Part shown: in pieces, positions 45,297 to 63,248 of the stretch
How positions within the stretch are numbered: the first letter of the stretch is position 1
Layout: every line of letters starts with the position of its first letter
Assembly: GCF_009914755.1 (NCBI RefSeq)
Contig: NC_060926.1
Source: the human T2T-CHM13v2.0 reference genome, Homo sapiens
Reading direction: 5' to 3' (one strand)
DNA length: 64,000 bases
The notes under the pieces: model-generated
Told to the model about the DNA's origin: nothing
What the model saw: the letters and a program-made list of their open reading frames with translations, nothing else
Databases searched by the model: none
Program-made: the position numbers and the translations under genes

Positions 45297-45706
45297 TATG
45301 GCAGAGACAAGTAGCTACTCTGGAAAATCTTTTTTCTCCTCTTTCTCCTGAACCCACAGCCAGACTACATACATACGTCTGCCTCCTTTGAAGTTAGGTG
45401 TGACCCTTTGACAGAGTTAATTATAAATGGAAGTCACTGTCATCACTTCCAGGACCAGTCCAGTCCTACCCCTGCTCCTCCAGGCTCTTTGCCCCTTCCA
45501 CCTGACTGGAATGCAGTCAACCAATGGCAATCTTTGAACCAAAGATAAAAGATCCTCCATCAACCTGGGTTCCTGAATAACTGTGTGGCCTGTTTATCTG
45601 CTAAGCCCTGTTATGTAAGCAAGACAGACATTTTTATTGTGTTTGAGCCATTGTATCTTTTGAGGCCTTTCTATTACAATAGTGAGCCTATCTTCTAACT
45701 AATACA
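45297..45706 (+). mobile_element. MaLR LTR (MLT1J-like) solo LTR
   Basis: cagactacat...ctttgaagttaggtgtgacc...cctgggttcctgaataactgtgtgg...tgagccattg...ctaactaataca end. Confidence 0.65.
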
Positions 45707-47529
45707 ACTACATAAAAGCAGTTTTCTACAAGTTGCTCTTCTTCAATTTCCCCTGGCATAATCTTTGCTGCCCCAGCTACTTCACATGGGCATTGACCAT
45801 CAACTAATAAACTGTAACTCTATAAATGGTAATGGCTATTTTCCTATGCTGAAAAACTTACATATTTATCAACTCACTCACCTAAACAGAGTTGATTTCT
45901 ATATAAAAACTAAACATAGGTAGCAATAAAGTGATATTTAAAACTGAATGTTATTGAGAGAGAAGATCTGCTTGTGAAGCGTTCAAATAAAAAACAGCCC
46001 AACTCATATATATTATAAAAAACCTGGTAGTAACAGTGAAATCAAAGCAACAAATATAACAGTAACTATCTAACCTAAAACTTCAACCAAAATGTAACAC
46101 ACACAAACTCCCACAGTCAAAAAGAATGTCCCTGCTATAATTATCAGATTCATAAGGCCTGGAGTTATGAGAAAGTAGAAACTGCCTGATAAGGATGGCT
46201 CTTTGTGCCATACATGGATCTGTTTAATCTTCACTCTTTCAATGTGTCTCAGGTTAGCCAACCCTGTTATATGCTCCTATGGACCCTTACCCTTCATCTA
46301 TCATAACACATTTATCAAATATTATTTATTTGTTTCCCCCAAGACAGTCAATTCCAGAGGAACAATCTGTTTTGTCTGGGGTATATGTGAGAAACCTGGC
46401 ATCATGCCTGGCCCACAGCAGGGATTCAATATTTATCTAAGGAAAAAAACAGCAGCCCGGAAGCCACAAAAAGTTAACCCCAAATGCAACTGTTCCTACA
46501 ATGTACAGTCCAGTGCACTCATGTAACACATCAGCAAATTAAAGAAAGCACAAAGAAATGCCAAAAATTGTGTAACGAGTCATTGGCAGAAATTCTGTAC
46601 TCCACCACATTATATATGTGAAAACAAAAAGAATAAATCTGAACAAAGCAAAATGAAAACCATTTGCCAATGAGGACCATTTTATCCTAAGCTTTGACTA
46701 TGAGGACAAAAGATAACAAGGGTTTAACCATGCAGTCCTATAAATAAATGGCAAAGCAACTTGGCCTCAAGAATTGATTTCCTTATTCCTTCCTTTATAA
46801 TTATCATGCAATAAGTAAGTCAAAAAGCCATGTCCTTCTCTGCAAAGGAAAAAATGGGTAGGTGCTCAGTCCTCCCCAAAACATGGAAACGTGAAGGGGC
46901 ATAGGTTCTCTGCCAGAGACTAGGACACAACAATCTGTACTCATCAACAAGTTACAAGGACAATGATACACAAAACTACAGAAAGCTGACGCGTTTTTTC
47001 ATAATGTAGAAATCCAGTTTCTATGAGGCTTAATCTTTTCACATGTAATAAAGAACAGAAAAATTGGGGATAATGTCACTCGGATACAATTGTTTAAAAT
47101 AAGAAAAGAAGGCCAGGAGCCGTGGTTCACACCTGTAATCCTAGCACTTTGGGAGGCCAAGGTGGGAGGATCACTTGAGCTCAGGAGTTTAAAACCATCA
47201 TAGCCGACACGGCAAAACCCCGTCTCTACTAAAAATAAAGAAATTAGCCAGGCGTGGAGGTACATGCCTGTAATCCCAGCTACTCAGGAGGCTGAGGCAC
47301 AAGAATGGCTTCAACTTAGGAGGCAGAGGTTGTAGTGAGCCAGGATAGCACCACTGCATTCCAGCCTAGACGACAGAGCGAAACCCCGTCTTAAAAAAGG
47401 AAAGAAAAGAAAATTGTCCCTATTTTCCCATAAGATTTCTCTCAAGGAAATTGCAGAGAGCAATTCCTTCATGTGCTGAAATAGACACAAACTCTTAAAA
47501 ACAGTATCTCACTCAGATGGAAAATGGCA

Positions 47530-48140
47530 TTCACTCAACAAATGTTCACTGAGTATCCTTCTATGCCAGGCAATACCACAGGTCCTGGAGAGAGAGAGTA
47601 GTAAACAAAACTAAGCAAAAATCTTTGCCTTCCTAGAATTTACATTCCAGTTGGGGGAGGAAGGACACAAAACAAAATAAGTAAAACATATAGTATATTA
47701 TATTTAATTAAGTGAGAAGAAAAAAAAACAGGTAAATGGCACTAAAGGTATGGAGGCAGGTGTAATTCTATAGAGAGAGACAGGACAGGCAGCACTGAGG
47801 TGACATCTGAATAAAGACCTAAGCACGTCTTGTCGGAGGGAAAGCATTCTCCATAGAGGTAATGGCAAGTGCAAACACTCAGAGGCAGAAACATGCTGGC
47901 AGTGCTCAGGGAACAGAGCTGAGGCCAATGTGGCTGGGATGATGTGTGCAAAGCATTAAGAAATAAGAGCAGAAAGGTGAGCAAGGGCTAAGTCACATGG
48001 CATCTTATAAGCCTATGGCCTTTACTCTGAGTGACATGGGAAGTCACTGGGGGATTCTACGCAGAGGCGTGACGAACGCAACCTGACGTTATCAAACAGG
48101 ATTACTGTGGCCACTGGACTGAGAAGAGACTGGAACATAG
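47530..48140. mobile_element. L2 3' fragment
   Basis: cattcactcaacaaatgttcactgag...tttactctgagtgacatgggaagtcactgg. Confidence 0.7.
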
Positions 48141-48809
48141 ACAAAGGACATGAAATACGAATCAAAAAATAAGAACTATAAATAACTGATGAAATTTTGA
48201 AAAAAACATTCCTATTTACTTATAGAGAAATAAGATAAAATTTCTCAGGAAGCTGGCAAAGGTTCACCACACCACAAATAAACACTGTGGTGAAATGGGC
48301 GCTTTTAAATGATGCTAGTAAGAATGTCACCTGGGAACCCCTTTCCAAACATTACTTGACCTCACAGTTTCTCTTTTAAGATTCAATGCTTGGGAAGTAA
48401 CTAGAGATGTGGTTAAAGAGTCGTGAAAAAGGATGTTTATAAATTACAATAACGAAAACAACAGATTCACAAGGTACAATTATTAGCTATTGGTTAACTA
48501 TGATAAAACTACACTATGAAGAAATGATGGAGATATTTTAGAAAAAATTTTTAATGATACGGGAAATTTTCATTGGTATTTTTATATAGAAGGTAACATC
48601 AAAAATATTTAGAGTGGTTATCTCTAAGTAGTATAATTATTTTCTTAATTCCTCCATTTTCCACATTTTCCTTTCATAATTAAGACAAAAAACAAATTTT
48701 AAAAATGGATTTGCTGGCCAGGCGCAGTGGCTCACGCCTGTAATTCCAGCACTTTGGGAGGCTGAGACGGGCAGATCATGAGGTCAGGAGATCAAGACCA
48801 TCCTGGCTA

Positions 48810-49079
<270 letters not shown>

Positions 49080-49764
49080 TTATAATCTAGAGTGATTTTT
49101 TTTCAGAGTGACCCAGGCAAAGTTGTCCTGGGAGTGATCTCCAAAGCTAGAAGGAGATCACCAATACTGAAGACACCACTCTGCTGATTTTGTAAATAAT
49201 CTAATAAGGGCCTGTAAGGATGTTACTGCAGGAAGAGGGTGAGAGGTAAGGCTTTATACCATTAACAGAGTAGATACTCAGGCTAAAGTACTTTAAATCT
49301 CCCTCAAATCAAACCTTCCTCTTCACATCCCAAGCAATATGTGTGTAAAAAGACAATCTTGTCTTCAGAAAACAATGTTAAACAAGGAGTCAGAAGATGC
49401 AGTCTAGTCATAGTTGTTAAAAAACCACAGATCTGTGATTTCTTTGTGATCCAGTTTCTTCATCAATAAAACCAAGACTATCACTAATCCTAGCATAACT
49501 TGCAGTCATTTTACAAAGGTGAAATGAGAAATAGTCATATATGCTTTAACATTCTAAAGCTCAGTAATTATAATCACTAGTAAAATGTTAATATTAAATA
49601 TTAAGTGAGATTTTATTTACAATATATAGATACAATAAACCTTAATATTATTCTATTATTTTGAATATGGTACGCCTATTATGTAGTCTCAATGTTATAT
49701 TACCAATTATGCAACCATTACATTAACAGAATAACTCATAAAGAAAACAATAGTATTTACTTAC

Positions 49765-49952
49765 ATTTCTAGTCCATGCTAAGCGGTCTGTGTTATAACC
49801 CATCATGTTCATGAGACAAGTCACAAATAAATTCCACTCTGAGTGATAACTGGGTCCTCCTGGAGCACTGTGGACATTGTACCACTTGACAAGCATCTGA
49901 ACTGCTATTTCTTTTGGCAGGATAAACTTAATTGCTTGCAAACACGTTTGTA
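49765..49952 (-). CDS. ANAPC1: ANAPC1 exon 17 (VQTCLQAIKF...LAWTRN)
   Basis: Within ORF 49723..49965; AG/GT boundaries; 188 nt. Confidence 0.95.
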
Positions 49953-51217
49953 CTATTAAAAGCAAAGATTAATTTTAGTATTCTTACTCTGCATGCATTT
50001 CTTTTCCCCTTTCAATCACCAAGTTTTTTAACTTCTACTATGTAAAGGCCAATTATTATGAAAAGAAAACTGTCATTAAAGAGCCAATGAGATGCAAACA
50101 TTACCTAACCAATCATCTGAAACTAAAACCAACTACTGAATTCAACAAGGCTTGAAAGGGGTCTGAAGACAGCTTTTTTTTTTTTTTTTTTTTTTTTTTG
50201 AGAGGGTGTCTCGCTCTGTTGCCCAGGCTGGAGTGCTGTGGCACGGTCTTGGCACACTGCAACTTCTGCCTCCTGAGTTCAAGCGATTCTCCTACCTCAG
50301 CCACCAAGTAGCTGGGATTACAGGCGTCTGCCACTGCCCCAGGCTAATTTTTGTATTTTTAGTAGAGACCATGTTTCACCATGTTGGCCAGGCTAGTCTC
50401 AAACTCCTGACCTCATGATCCACCCGCCTTGGCCTCCCAAAGCACTGGGATTACAGGTGTGAGCCACTGTGCCCGGCCAAGGACAGCTTTTTGATCATTA
50501 ATTTTGCATCAGAAATAAAGTAATCAAATAGCCCAGTTTGCCAGAGACAGTCCTGATTTACATCCATTGCCCAGCAATTACTAACTGCTCGCCTTCACTC
50601 TTAAAGATGTTCTAGCTCGGGTGACAAATTAAAAGTCACTATGGGCCAGGCATGGTGACTCACGCCTGTAATCTAAGCACTTTGCGAGGTCAAGGCGGGT
50701 GGATCACCTGAGGTCAGGAGTTCGAAACCAGCCTGACCAACATGGTGAAACCCCATTTCTACTAAAAATACAAAAATTAGTTGGGCATTGTGGCAGGCAC
50801 CTGTAATCCCAGCTACTCAGGAGGCTGAGGCAGGAGAATCGCCTGAACCCGGGAGGCAGAGGTTGCAGTGAGCCAAGATCACGCCATTGCATTTCAGCCT
50901 GGATGACTAGAGCGAAACTCTGTCTCAAAAAAAAAAAAAAAGTCACTATGAAAAACATACAACTTCTATGTTTATACATTTATATAAAATACTGCCTACA
51001 TACTTCAGTAAATATATAATATTCAATTTATGCATCCACGAATAGCAATGCTTAGCTAGCATTACATGATGTTCTAAATGAGTTAACATGCCTATTAACC
51101 AAAGCTTTATAACTTTATTTCTGAGGTCGTTCAGTTTCTAAAATGTTTCACAGGCTCTCTGTCTTAAAAGGGTTAAGAGTTAATACCACATAATTTACAC
51201 CATTCTTTTTTTGGTAA

Positions 51218-51385
<168 letters not shown>

Positions 51386-52167
51386 TAGAGACAGAGTCTC
51401 ACTATGTTGTCCAAGCTGGTCTCAAATTCCTGGCCTCAAGCAACCCCCTCACCTCAGCCTTCCAAAGGGAGGGGATTACAAGCATGAGCCCACCACACCT
51501 GGCCTTATACCATTCTCAATGGCTCCACATCAATTATAGCACTACACTGTCGTACAATGATCCCCTCAGAGTGGCCAGGGCTACCACTGTGAAGAGACCC
51601 AAATCTGCTTTTAGTAGTAAATAATCCCAAACTGCAATGTTTGTGTACTCACATATCCTCTCTTCCAGGATTCTTTTTTCCCTTTCCACTGTCATGCCAC
51701 TGGGCCCACCCTCATCAACATATCCTCTATCCCATCAGTTTGCAATGTGCAAACTCACACAGCACAGGTTGGAAGCAAATAATATTAAAATACCAAATAA
51801 CCAAGTATGTCATAGTGGAATCCAAAATAAGTGTAAACCCAATGCTGCATGAGTGTGTGAGAACCCTCTGCAGGTAAAGTACATAAACTTATGTGCATAA
51901 ACTATGGGGCTTCTGTTTGGCTATAAAGGGGTAAGATTTTTTGTTTTCATTTATTTAATTTATTCCATTATTATTTGTTTTTATATATTTTGCTTAGGCT
52001 TATAATAGTTCGAGGTACCTGGCCTTGTGATTACGAAATACCTTTTAGAGCCGGGCGCGGTGGCTCACGCCTGTAATCCCAGCACTTTGGGAGGCCGAGG
52101 CAGGTGAATCACGAGGTCAGGAGATCGAGACTATCCTGGCTAACACAGTGAAACCCCGTCTCTACTA

Positions 52168-52401
<234 letters not shown>

Positions 52402-52827
52402 TTACCAGCAGTGAAAATTCCTAAAATGAAAAAGTCATTCTTGTCTACAATCTGCCAATGTCCTGCTTTGGCAGTTAGATTTGAAACCAAGATATGTCAT
52501 GAACTTCCTTATATCATACAGGCATTCTTTTCTTAACCTACGTTTGTTGGCAAATCCCTTCAATTCTAACATTTTGTTTACTATGCTATGTTCAGAAATA
52601 TTCTCCTCAAGCATTTTTGAAATTGCATCTCAGGAATAATTCAAGCAGAATCCAATATTTATTAAGATAATTCTGATTGTATTTTGACAATAATATTAAG
52701 TTTTATTCAATTAAGGCAATTAGGTTACTTTCACAATTTATCTGAAAATTGAGATATTTTAAAATTAAAAACATCATTAATACATTACAGAAAAAAAAAA
52801 CATTAAATATGCCAAGAATTATCTTAG

Positions 52828-53292
<465 letters not shown>

Positions 53293-53496
53293 TAGCACAT
53301 CCTTCACCTGTACTCCAGCCTTAGAGCGCACGTAGAGTGGACATCACAAAGCACTCCCTAGCTCTTTAAAGCTCCTCTACAAAGCTAAGAACTTGATCCA
53401 GTGGCTTCAAAAATGGCAAAATAATGTTTAAAACCCCAATTATTAATGTAAATCACAATTACTTCACGTCTTATAAATGAAACTTCTCAATCGTAC

Positions 53497-53557
53497 CTAA
53501 CTCAGAGGTGGCAATTTCAGGAATAGTGATCCTAACCATGGAGCCATTACTCAGTTC
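53497..53557 (-). CDS. ANAPC1: ANAPC1 exon 16 (ELSNGSMVRITIPEIATSEL)
   Basis: tctag| acceptor, |gtacga donor; 61 nt. Confidence 0.94.
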
Positions 53558-54083
53558 CTAGATGGAAACAAATGAGAAAGTAGATAAAATCTGTGCATTC
53601 TAAGTCTTTGAATGTCTTAAAAATAGCTGGTACAAGACTTTGCCCATCAAAGCAATAAAATAAATGAAAAACAATTTTCAAACAGAAATGAACACTTCCG
53701 AATTTCAGAAACTTTAAATGTAATTATTTGCAAAATGTTTTCCAAAATGCTTGTTTTAATAAAAAGTGTCTAATCTTTATACAGTGAGTCACCATCATCA
53801 AAAGGACATTTACTTTTAATGAGAAGACAAAAAATCACATCAATATACAATTCAACTGACTCAACAAGCTTTTGTTTTCACTAAGTTTTTAATAATACAG
53901 AAACTGTAGAAAACAAGCAGAATTACTGTATAGTAAAAAGTAAAATCGTGCCAAAAAATGACACAATAGATTTTTTTAAATCATGAGAAATGTTTGTTGT
54001 CATTTTTCAGACAAAATTCTGTATTCTGTCAAATTTGAAATGCCAGCCCACTTCTTGGAAAGCTACCAAATGTTTATACTTAC

Positions 54084-54224
54084 TAGGGTGACTCTGTTAT
54101 GGACAGGATCTCTGATAGAATGAATGTAAGTTCCAAGCTGTTGGAAAGTACAATCCTCATTATAGAGAGAATCATGAAGTTTTGAAGAATCCCTCAGTTC
54201 TGGAACTGGGGACAACAGAACAAC
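54084..54224 (-). CDS. ANAPC1: ANAPC1 exon 15 (VVLLSPVPEL...VHNRVTL)
   Basis: Within ORF 54063..54281; tttttacag| acceptor, |gtaagt donor; 141 nt. Confidence 0.95.
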
Positions 54225-54843
54225 CTGTAAAAAGTTGTAAATACGACACAAATGAATTGTTTTCTGAGAAATTAAGGACAAGGAAATTTAACTGTTTCTT
54301 TTTTGCATATGGTCTAACAAACAATAATATGTAATGATTCAAAAACATTCTGCTCCAAGCCAAGCATGGTGGTGCACACCTGTATAGTCCCAGCTACTCA
54401 GAAGACTGAGACAGGAGAATCACTTAAGCCTAGGAATTTGAGGCTGTAGTGAGCCTGTGAATAGTCACTGCCCTCCAGCCTGGATGACACGGCAAGACCC
54501 AGGCTCTTTAAAACATTTTGTTCCAGATACAATGAAGTACCAGCAAACCAAGGTCCTCACAGAAAACAACTAGAAAAGGTAGGTAAAAGGAAAACATCTG
54601 ATTGGTGGCTATGGAAAAGCTGTGGAAGCAACCTGGACTTGAGGGACCAAGATCTAGGAGAGAAGGCAACTGCAGGGAAAGGGGCCAACGTTCTTGGAGA
54701 ACCTTGCTTTTTCTGCTCTGGCCATCTGCAAATTTTGGTGGTAAGAGGAACATATGGAAAGGCTGACAATATGCAAGGAAAGTCATAGCTAAGAGGGAGA
54801 GAAGCCAGCAGCACTGTTAGCAACCTTACAGGGCTAAAGACTA

Positions 54844-55236
<393 letters not shown>

Positions 55237-56760
55237 TTAATGGTATTTCCCCTATAGGCAATTATTTATTCAAAAATACAGGAACAGCATTTATTTGCTT
55301 AACTGCAGATATGCAAACAAAAAATTTAAACGATCTTAGTTACTATCTACATGCAGATGCTTCCAATCTTAAACTCTAGTCATGACCACTGATCCTTTTT
55401 GATTCCTTTAATTCAATTTATATATCTCTAAGTGAATATCTTGTCAACACTGACAATCAAGACTAAGATGTATTTACTCTATTCCAGATTCTACTCTAAA
55501 AGTCACCAGGAAAAATTCAGCTCCGCTGGTCCTGGCTCTAAGTCTACTAGCAAAATCTTCCAGAGAAGTGGAAAAGCCATCAATCAGCCAATGTGTTAAG
55601 ACTATCATTTCCATGACTTTACACCTATCAAAAAGGCACTATTACCAGGCTTATAGAATTCTAAAAAAGTTGGAAACCATTTTCCATTATAAAAGAAATT
55701 CTTCCAAATCACACAAAACACTCTGACACTTCTCCAGTTCCCCCTTTGAATGTTCTGCAAATGTGCTGGTTTGAAGGAAAAAAAATTCAATGTGGCACAT
55801 GTTTAAAAATATAATGAAGACACAGACATTATCAAATACAACTGATAGCACTAACCTTCCCTTTGAACCGTCCCTAAACATCCACACTCACATGTCCTTT
55901 AAATACAAACCACTTTTCTCCCGGCTTCCTAACTTGGTAAATCCAGGTACCTTCCCAGGTCATTCAGAGAATTCGGAGCCTCGTTCCACATCACCTTTCC
56001 CCAGCCCAGCAGCACAAAACCAATCAGCTGACAAACTCATTTCCACCTCTCAAGGCCTCTCATATTAATCCCTCCTTTCCACACATATACTGCCCTAGCT
56101 CAGACCCTCTTCATACTTCTTAAACTGACACAGACAACCTCACTTGGAGGCTAACTGGTCTCCTTATCTTTAATCCCAAAATACACCTATTTACAACACA
56201 GATCCAAAACCTCATAACTCCTTTCTCAAAATCCTGTAATGCCCTGTCAATTGCATTCAGAATAAAACCACCTTTTCATCCTTTCTCCCTTTAAGAGCAC
56301 ATTAGTAAGAGTGTAAATCCCAGTTCTACCACTTATTAGGTTTATTTCATTTGTAACTTCTATCTCATTTGTAAAAAAAAGAATCATAGTACTATCTTCT
56401 CAATAAAGCTATTCTAAGGAAATAATTAATACTAATAAAGCACTGAGAACAATGCCTAGCACATAGAAAATGCTCAAAAAAGGTTATTATTGTTATCCAA
56501 ACCCTATCCTGCCTCACCCTACAGACTACTTGTACTTTTATAAGTATTTATTCTACAGATTTATTGAGTCCTTATGACTAGGAGATGAAGATACAAATAT
56601 CCATTAAAAAATGTTCCGCATTATCTGGCCTTCCTGCCTGTGCCTGTGTGGTTTCTCCTTGCCCTGAATGCTCCTTTCTACCTACAGATATCCTACTCAA
56701 CCCCAAGGTCCAAACGAAGACTGACATGTCTCTCAGTGAGGCTTTGATTTTGCCATGTCC

Positions 56761-56804
56761 TCCCATTGGATGTTATCTTCCCATCGGATGTTATCTTCCC
56801 ATCA
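56761..56804. repeat. 18-nt tandem duplication (tcccatyggatgttatct x~2.4)
   Basis: tcccattggatgttatct tcccatcggatgttatct tcccatc. Confidence 0.85.
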
Positions 56805-57134
56805 GTCAATCAACGATGGTACTCTCTTTTCCACATTACTGAGTCATGAGTCTTTCTTAAATTCTAATTTCTTATGCAGACAGTACATCAACTCCACACA
56901 ATTGTGAGATCCCTAGATGGAAAAGAATGTATCATTTCCATCTCTCCAGCACCTTCAAAAAGTATCACATACATCACAAGGGAGGTCAGTGTATGTTAAC
57001 TGAATCACTTCTGTTTGAAAACATTTATTCTGCAAGTAGAAACTAAAATTAAGTTAACCATGGAAAGAACTAATGTTTAACCAAACTTCTTTAAAAAATG
57101 TTAACTTTTTGGCAACACCTAGTCCTTTTCTTAC

Positions 57135-57269
57135 CTCGTCCAATGATCCAAGGAGTTTACTAAGAGGCTTTGGAGTACTAACGCCATCTAGTGGAGTACT
57201 GGGCCGAGGCATTGTGTTGGACATCGTCAGAGAGGGAGCTGGCAGTCCAGGAATAAAAACCTTTCCCAC
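57135..57269 (-). CDS. ANAPC1: ANAPC1 exon 14 (VGKVFIPGLP...LLGSLDE)
   Basis: Within ORF 57054..57269; AG/GT boundaries; 135 nt. Confidence 0.95.
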
Positions 57270-58058
57270 CTTTAAGCAATAAAAACATGTGGAAAAAAAA
57301 ATATTGCCTTTAATGCATCATATCCTTAAATAAAATGTTAAGGAATATAAACATATATTTCTTTTGATATTTCTAAGTTTATACTCACCAAACACAGCAA
57401 AGAAACAATTCAAATGTCAATAATCTATCCAATTCCACTATCCAACTGCAAATATGTTGGTATAATTTTTTTTTTTTTTGAGATAAGATCTCACTCTTTT
57501 CCCGTGGGTGGAGTACAGTGGCATGATCTCAGCTCACTGCAGCCTCAACCTACCAGGCTCAAGTGATCCTCCCACTTCAGCCTCCTGAGTAGCTGGAACT
57601 ATAGGCACATGCCACTATGCCTGGTTAATTTTGTATTTTTTGGTAGAGACAGGGTTTCACCATGTTATCCAGGCTGGTCTTGAACTTCTGGGCTGAAGCC
57701 ATCTGCCCACCTAGACCTCTCACACCTTGGTATAATTTCTCTTGGTTGGATTCCTTCTCTTCATTACTGAAGACTTTTTTTGCAGGCAAGGAGAGGAATG
57801 TTAATATAGTCAACACATTATATAAAAATCTGCACACTATGTACTCTTCTACCTTTTTGGTCATAAAGACAGTAAGAACAGCGGCCGGGCGCGGTGGCTC
57901 ACGCCTGTAATCCTAACACTTTGGGAGGCCGAGGCGGGCGGATCACAAGGTCAGGAGTTCAAGAGCATCCTGCCTAACACAGTGAAACCCCATCTCTACT
58001 AAAAATTAAAAAAAAAAAATTAGCCGGGCGTGGTGGCGGGCGCCTGTAGTCCCAGCTA

Positions 58059-58166
<108 letters not shown>

Positions 58167-59009
58167 TCAAAAAAAAAAAAAAGAATGAGTTGACAATCCG
58201 TGCTAACCACTCCTTATTTTGGCTATCTGTAGGGTACTTAGCAAAAACAGAAATTCACATCTGTACAAGCTGAAAACTTGATAAGACTAAAAAGGAGATG
58301 CTCAGAACTAAAATGAGATATTAACAACGTACGTATTCATGTTAACACACTACTCAAAAGCTAACAAAATAACAGAAGTTGCCCCAATAAAATCCTTAGG
58401 CTTAAAAAACAAAAATAACAGTGAGAACTAATTATGCATAATTTTTTAAAAGCTATCTCAAACCCCTAATTTACGAAAAGATGGAATAAGCACATACCAT
58501 GCTATTCCCTCATTAATCACCAAAAAGAAAAAAAAACTGAATAAAATTTATAATGCAACTAACAGAAGATTCTGAAAAAGTGAAGAAAAGAAGACAAACT
58601 GGCTAGTAACCTGAGACCCAGGAATGACCTAATGATGAATTCCCTAGGTTTCTGGTTTTTTTGATTCCTTACGTAACCAGGCCTCAGGCTTTCAAAGTGC
58701 CTATAACACAGACATGCCAACGTTCACAGACAAAACACGCCCTAAGAAAATCTTACTCTTTCCAGCCAAAGTGTTGGGAAAAGAATGACTGACCAGGACA
58801 GAAACTTTTCACTATATCTGCCCTACTCTTTGCAAACACCAAGAAAAAAGTCATGGCCATCCCTTCCTCCTCATCAGGAGGCACAGTGAAAATTTTGAAT
58901 GTCCCTCGTCTATTTGAGGAAGTCCCCTTCTATTTCTAGATGCTGAGGATTTTTTTTAATCATGGATATTTTATTTTATCAAATGATTTCTCTGCATCTA
59001 TTTAGATCC

Positions 59010-59200
59010 TTGGTCAGCAAACCATGTTCCATGACCAAATCTGGCTCGTATCCTGTTTTTGTACAGTCTGTGAGCTAAGAATAGGTTTTACGTACTTAAA
59101 TGGTTAAGGAAAAAAAAAACAGAAGACAAATATGTAACAGAGACTGCATGTGGCCCATAGAGGCTAAGATACTTGTCTGAACTCCTACATAAAAAGTTTG
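59010..59200 (+). mobile_element. MER58B-like hAT-Charlie fragment
   Basis: ggtcagcaaac...ccaaatctggc...gagctaagaataggttttac...aacagagactgcatgtggccc...aaaaagtttgcc. Confidence 0.65.
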
Positions 59201-59762
59201 CCAGGCTGGATGTGGTGGCTCATGTCTGTAATATCCCAGCACTTTGGGAGGCTGAGGTGGGAGGATCGCTTGAGTCAGGAGGTCATGGGTGCAGTGAGCT
59301 GTGATCCCACCACTGCACTCCAGCCTGAGTAACAGAGAGAAATACTGTATCAAAAAAAAGAAGAGAAAAGAAATTGCCAAGGATGGAGAGGACATGAACA
59401 ACATTATCAACCAAATGGAATGAACTGACATTTATAAAATACTCAAGGGTGCCTTCTTGGTGATTTGGCCCTTTAAAGTCTCTCTTTGTTCCTGGTCATT
59501 TTTTTTTCCCACTTTATAGAGACTCCAGCTATCTTCTGATTACTGTTTGCATAATATATCTTCTTTCCATCCTTTAACTTACCCATGTCATTATATTTGA
59601 AGAACACTTCTTATAACCAACATATATAGTTGGGCTGTATTTTCTAATCTCTTCCGCTAGTCTCTGTTATTTGTGTTAGACCATTGTATTTAATTAGTGG
59701 CCTAGTGGGATTTAAATCTGCCATTTAATATTTGTTTTCTGTATGTTCCCACTTTCTTTGCT

Positions 59763-61857
<2,095 letters not shown>

Positions 61858-62410
61858 GATGGAATACTATTAAATATATACATCACACTGAATGAGTAAA
61901 CAACACACGCATCAACACAGACAAATCTAAAACAAATATAATGTTGAGCAAAATAAGTATATCAGAGGCGAGTACATGGTATCTTTTTTTATATAAAAAT
62001 TCAAAAACAAGGAAAACTAAATAATGCATTCTTTAGTGATACATACATAACTGTAAAAACTAGTAATACAAACAACTGATTTATCACAAAATCAGGATTC
62101 TATCTCGAGGGCAGGGGAAGATAGGATGCAATCACAAAAGAATGTAATAAAAATAAGGATACTGGCAATATTCTATTTCTTAACCAGAGTACTGGGTAGA
62201 TGAATATTCACTTCATTATTATTATTCAAATTGTATGTATTTAAATTTCATAATTTAAATGTGTAAAATGTATATTCTCTACGTACATTTCACAAATGTT
62301 AAAAAATACAGCTAGCGGCTGGGCGCGGTGGCTCACGCCTGTAATCCCAGCACGTTAGGAGGCCGAGGTGGGTGGATCACAAGGTCAGGAGATCGAGACC
62401 ACCCTGGCTA

Positions 62411-62693
<283 letters not shown>

Positions 62694-62975
62694 TTAACTT
62701 TAAAAAAAAAAAAAATCTACCTATACTCATTGAAGGTTTCCCATCTGTGACAGGTTTAGAGTACCAATGCATTTAACAGCAGTGAGCCATAGCCCTCCAA
62801 ATTAGGACCCACCTAAATAGGAAGCTTCACTGAGAATTATTAACAAAATTCTTCTGCCAAATTGTGCAGACAGGAACATAACAAATTTAAAATATCAATC
62901 TAAAGTAACATTACAAATATTCATGCAGGCAGCCTGAAGTCCTACTAAAGGCATGAAGTGCTACTTATTGCTTAC

Positions 62976-63041
62976 CCGAACCACTCCTGTGTATAGCACC
63001 AGGTTTCCACTGCCTTCCAAGACCAGCATGGTGTCTATTTT
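62976..63041 (-). CDS. ANAPC1: ANAPC1 exon 13 (KIDTMLVLEGSGNLVLYTGVVR)
   Basis: tttttag| acceptor, |gtaagc donor, 66 nt. Confidence 0.95.
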
Positions 63042-63157
63042 CTAAAAAAACAAAAAAGACAAAAAATTTATTTCCCAATCTGAGCAAATTAACAGATTTT
63101 TTGACTGAAAAATCTGTTGAAGCGTAATTGTCAACTTCTCAAATGTGCCTACATTAC

Positions 63158-63248
63158 CTCCACTGGTGCTGCATCCTTTGCTGGTATGTTGGTCACTGAA
63201 CCAAAGATGAGCTGGGTTTTATCATTACTCTCTTGAAACTTTACACAG
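63158..63248 (-). CDS. ANAPC1: ANAPC1 exon 12 (CVKFQESNDKTQLIFGSVTNIPAKDAAPVE)
   Basis: ttatttag| acceptor, |gtaatg donor, 91 nt. Confidence 0.95.

Noticed and set aside
49160-49185. Hammerhead ribozyme core (CTGAAGA) within the intron 17 fold
   Set aside because: No stem II followed by GAAA and no properly placed UH cleavage site.
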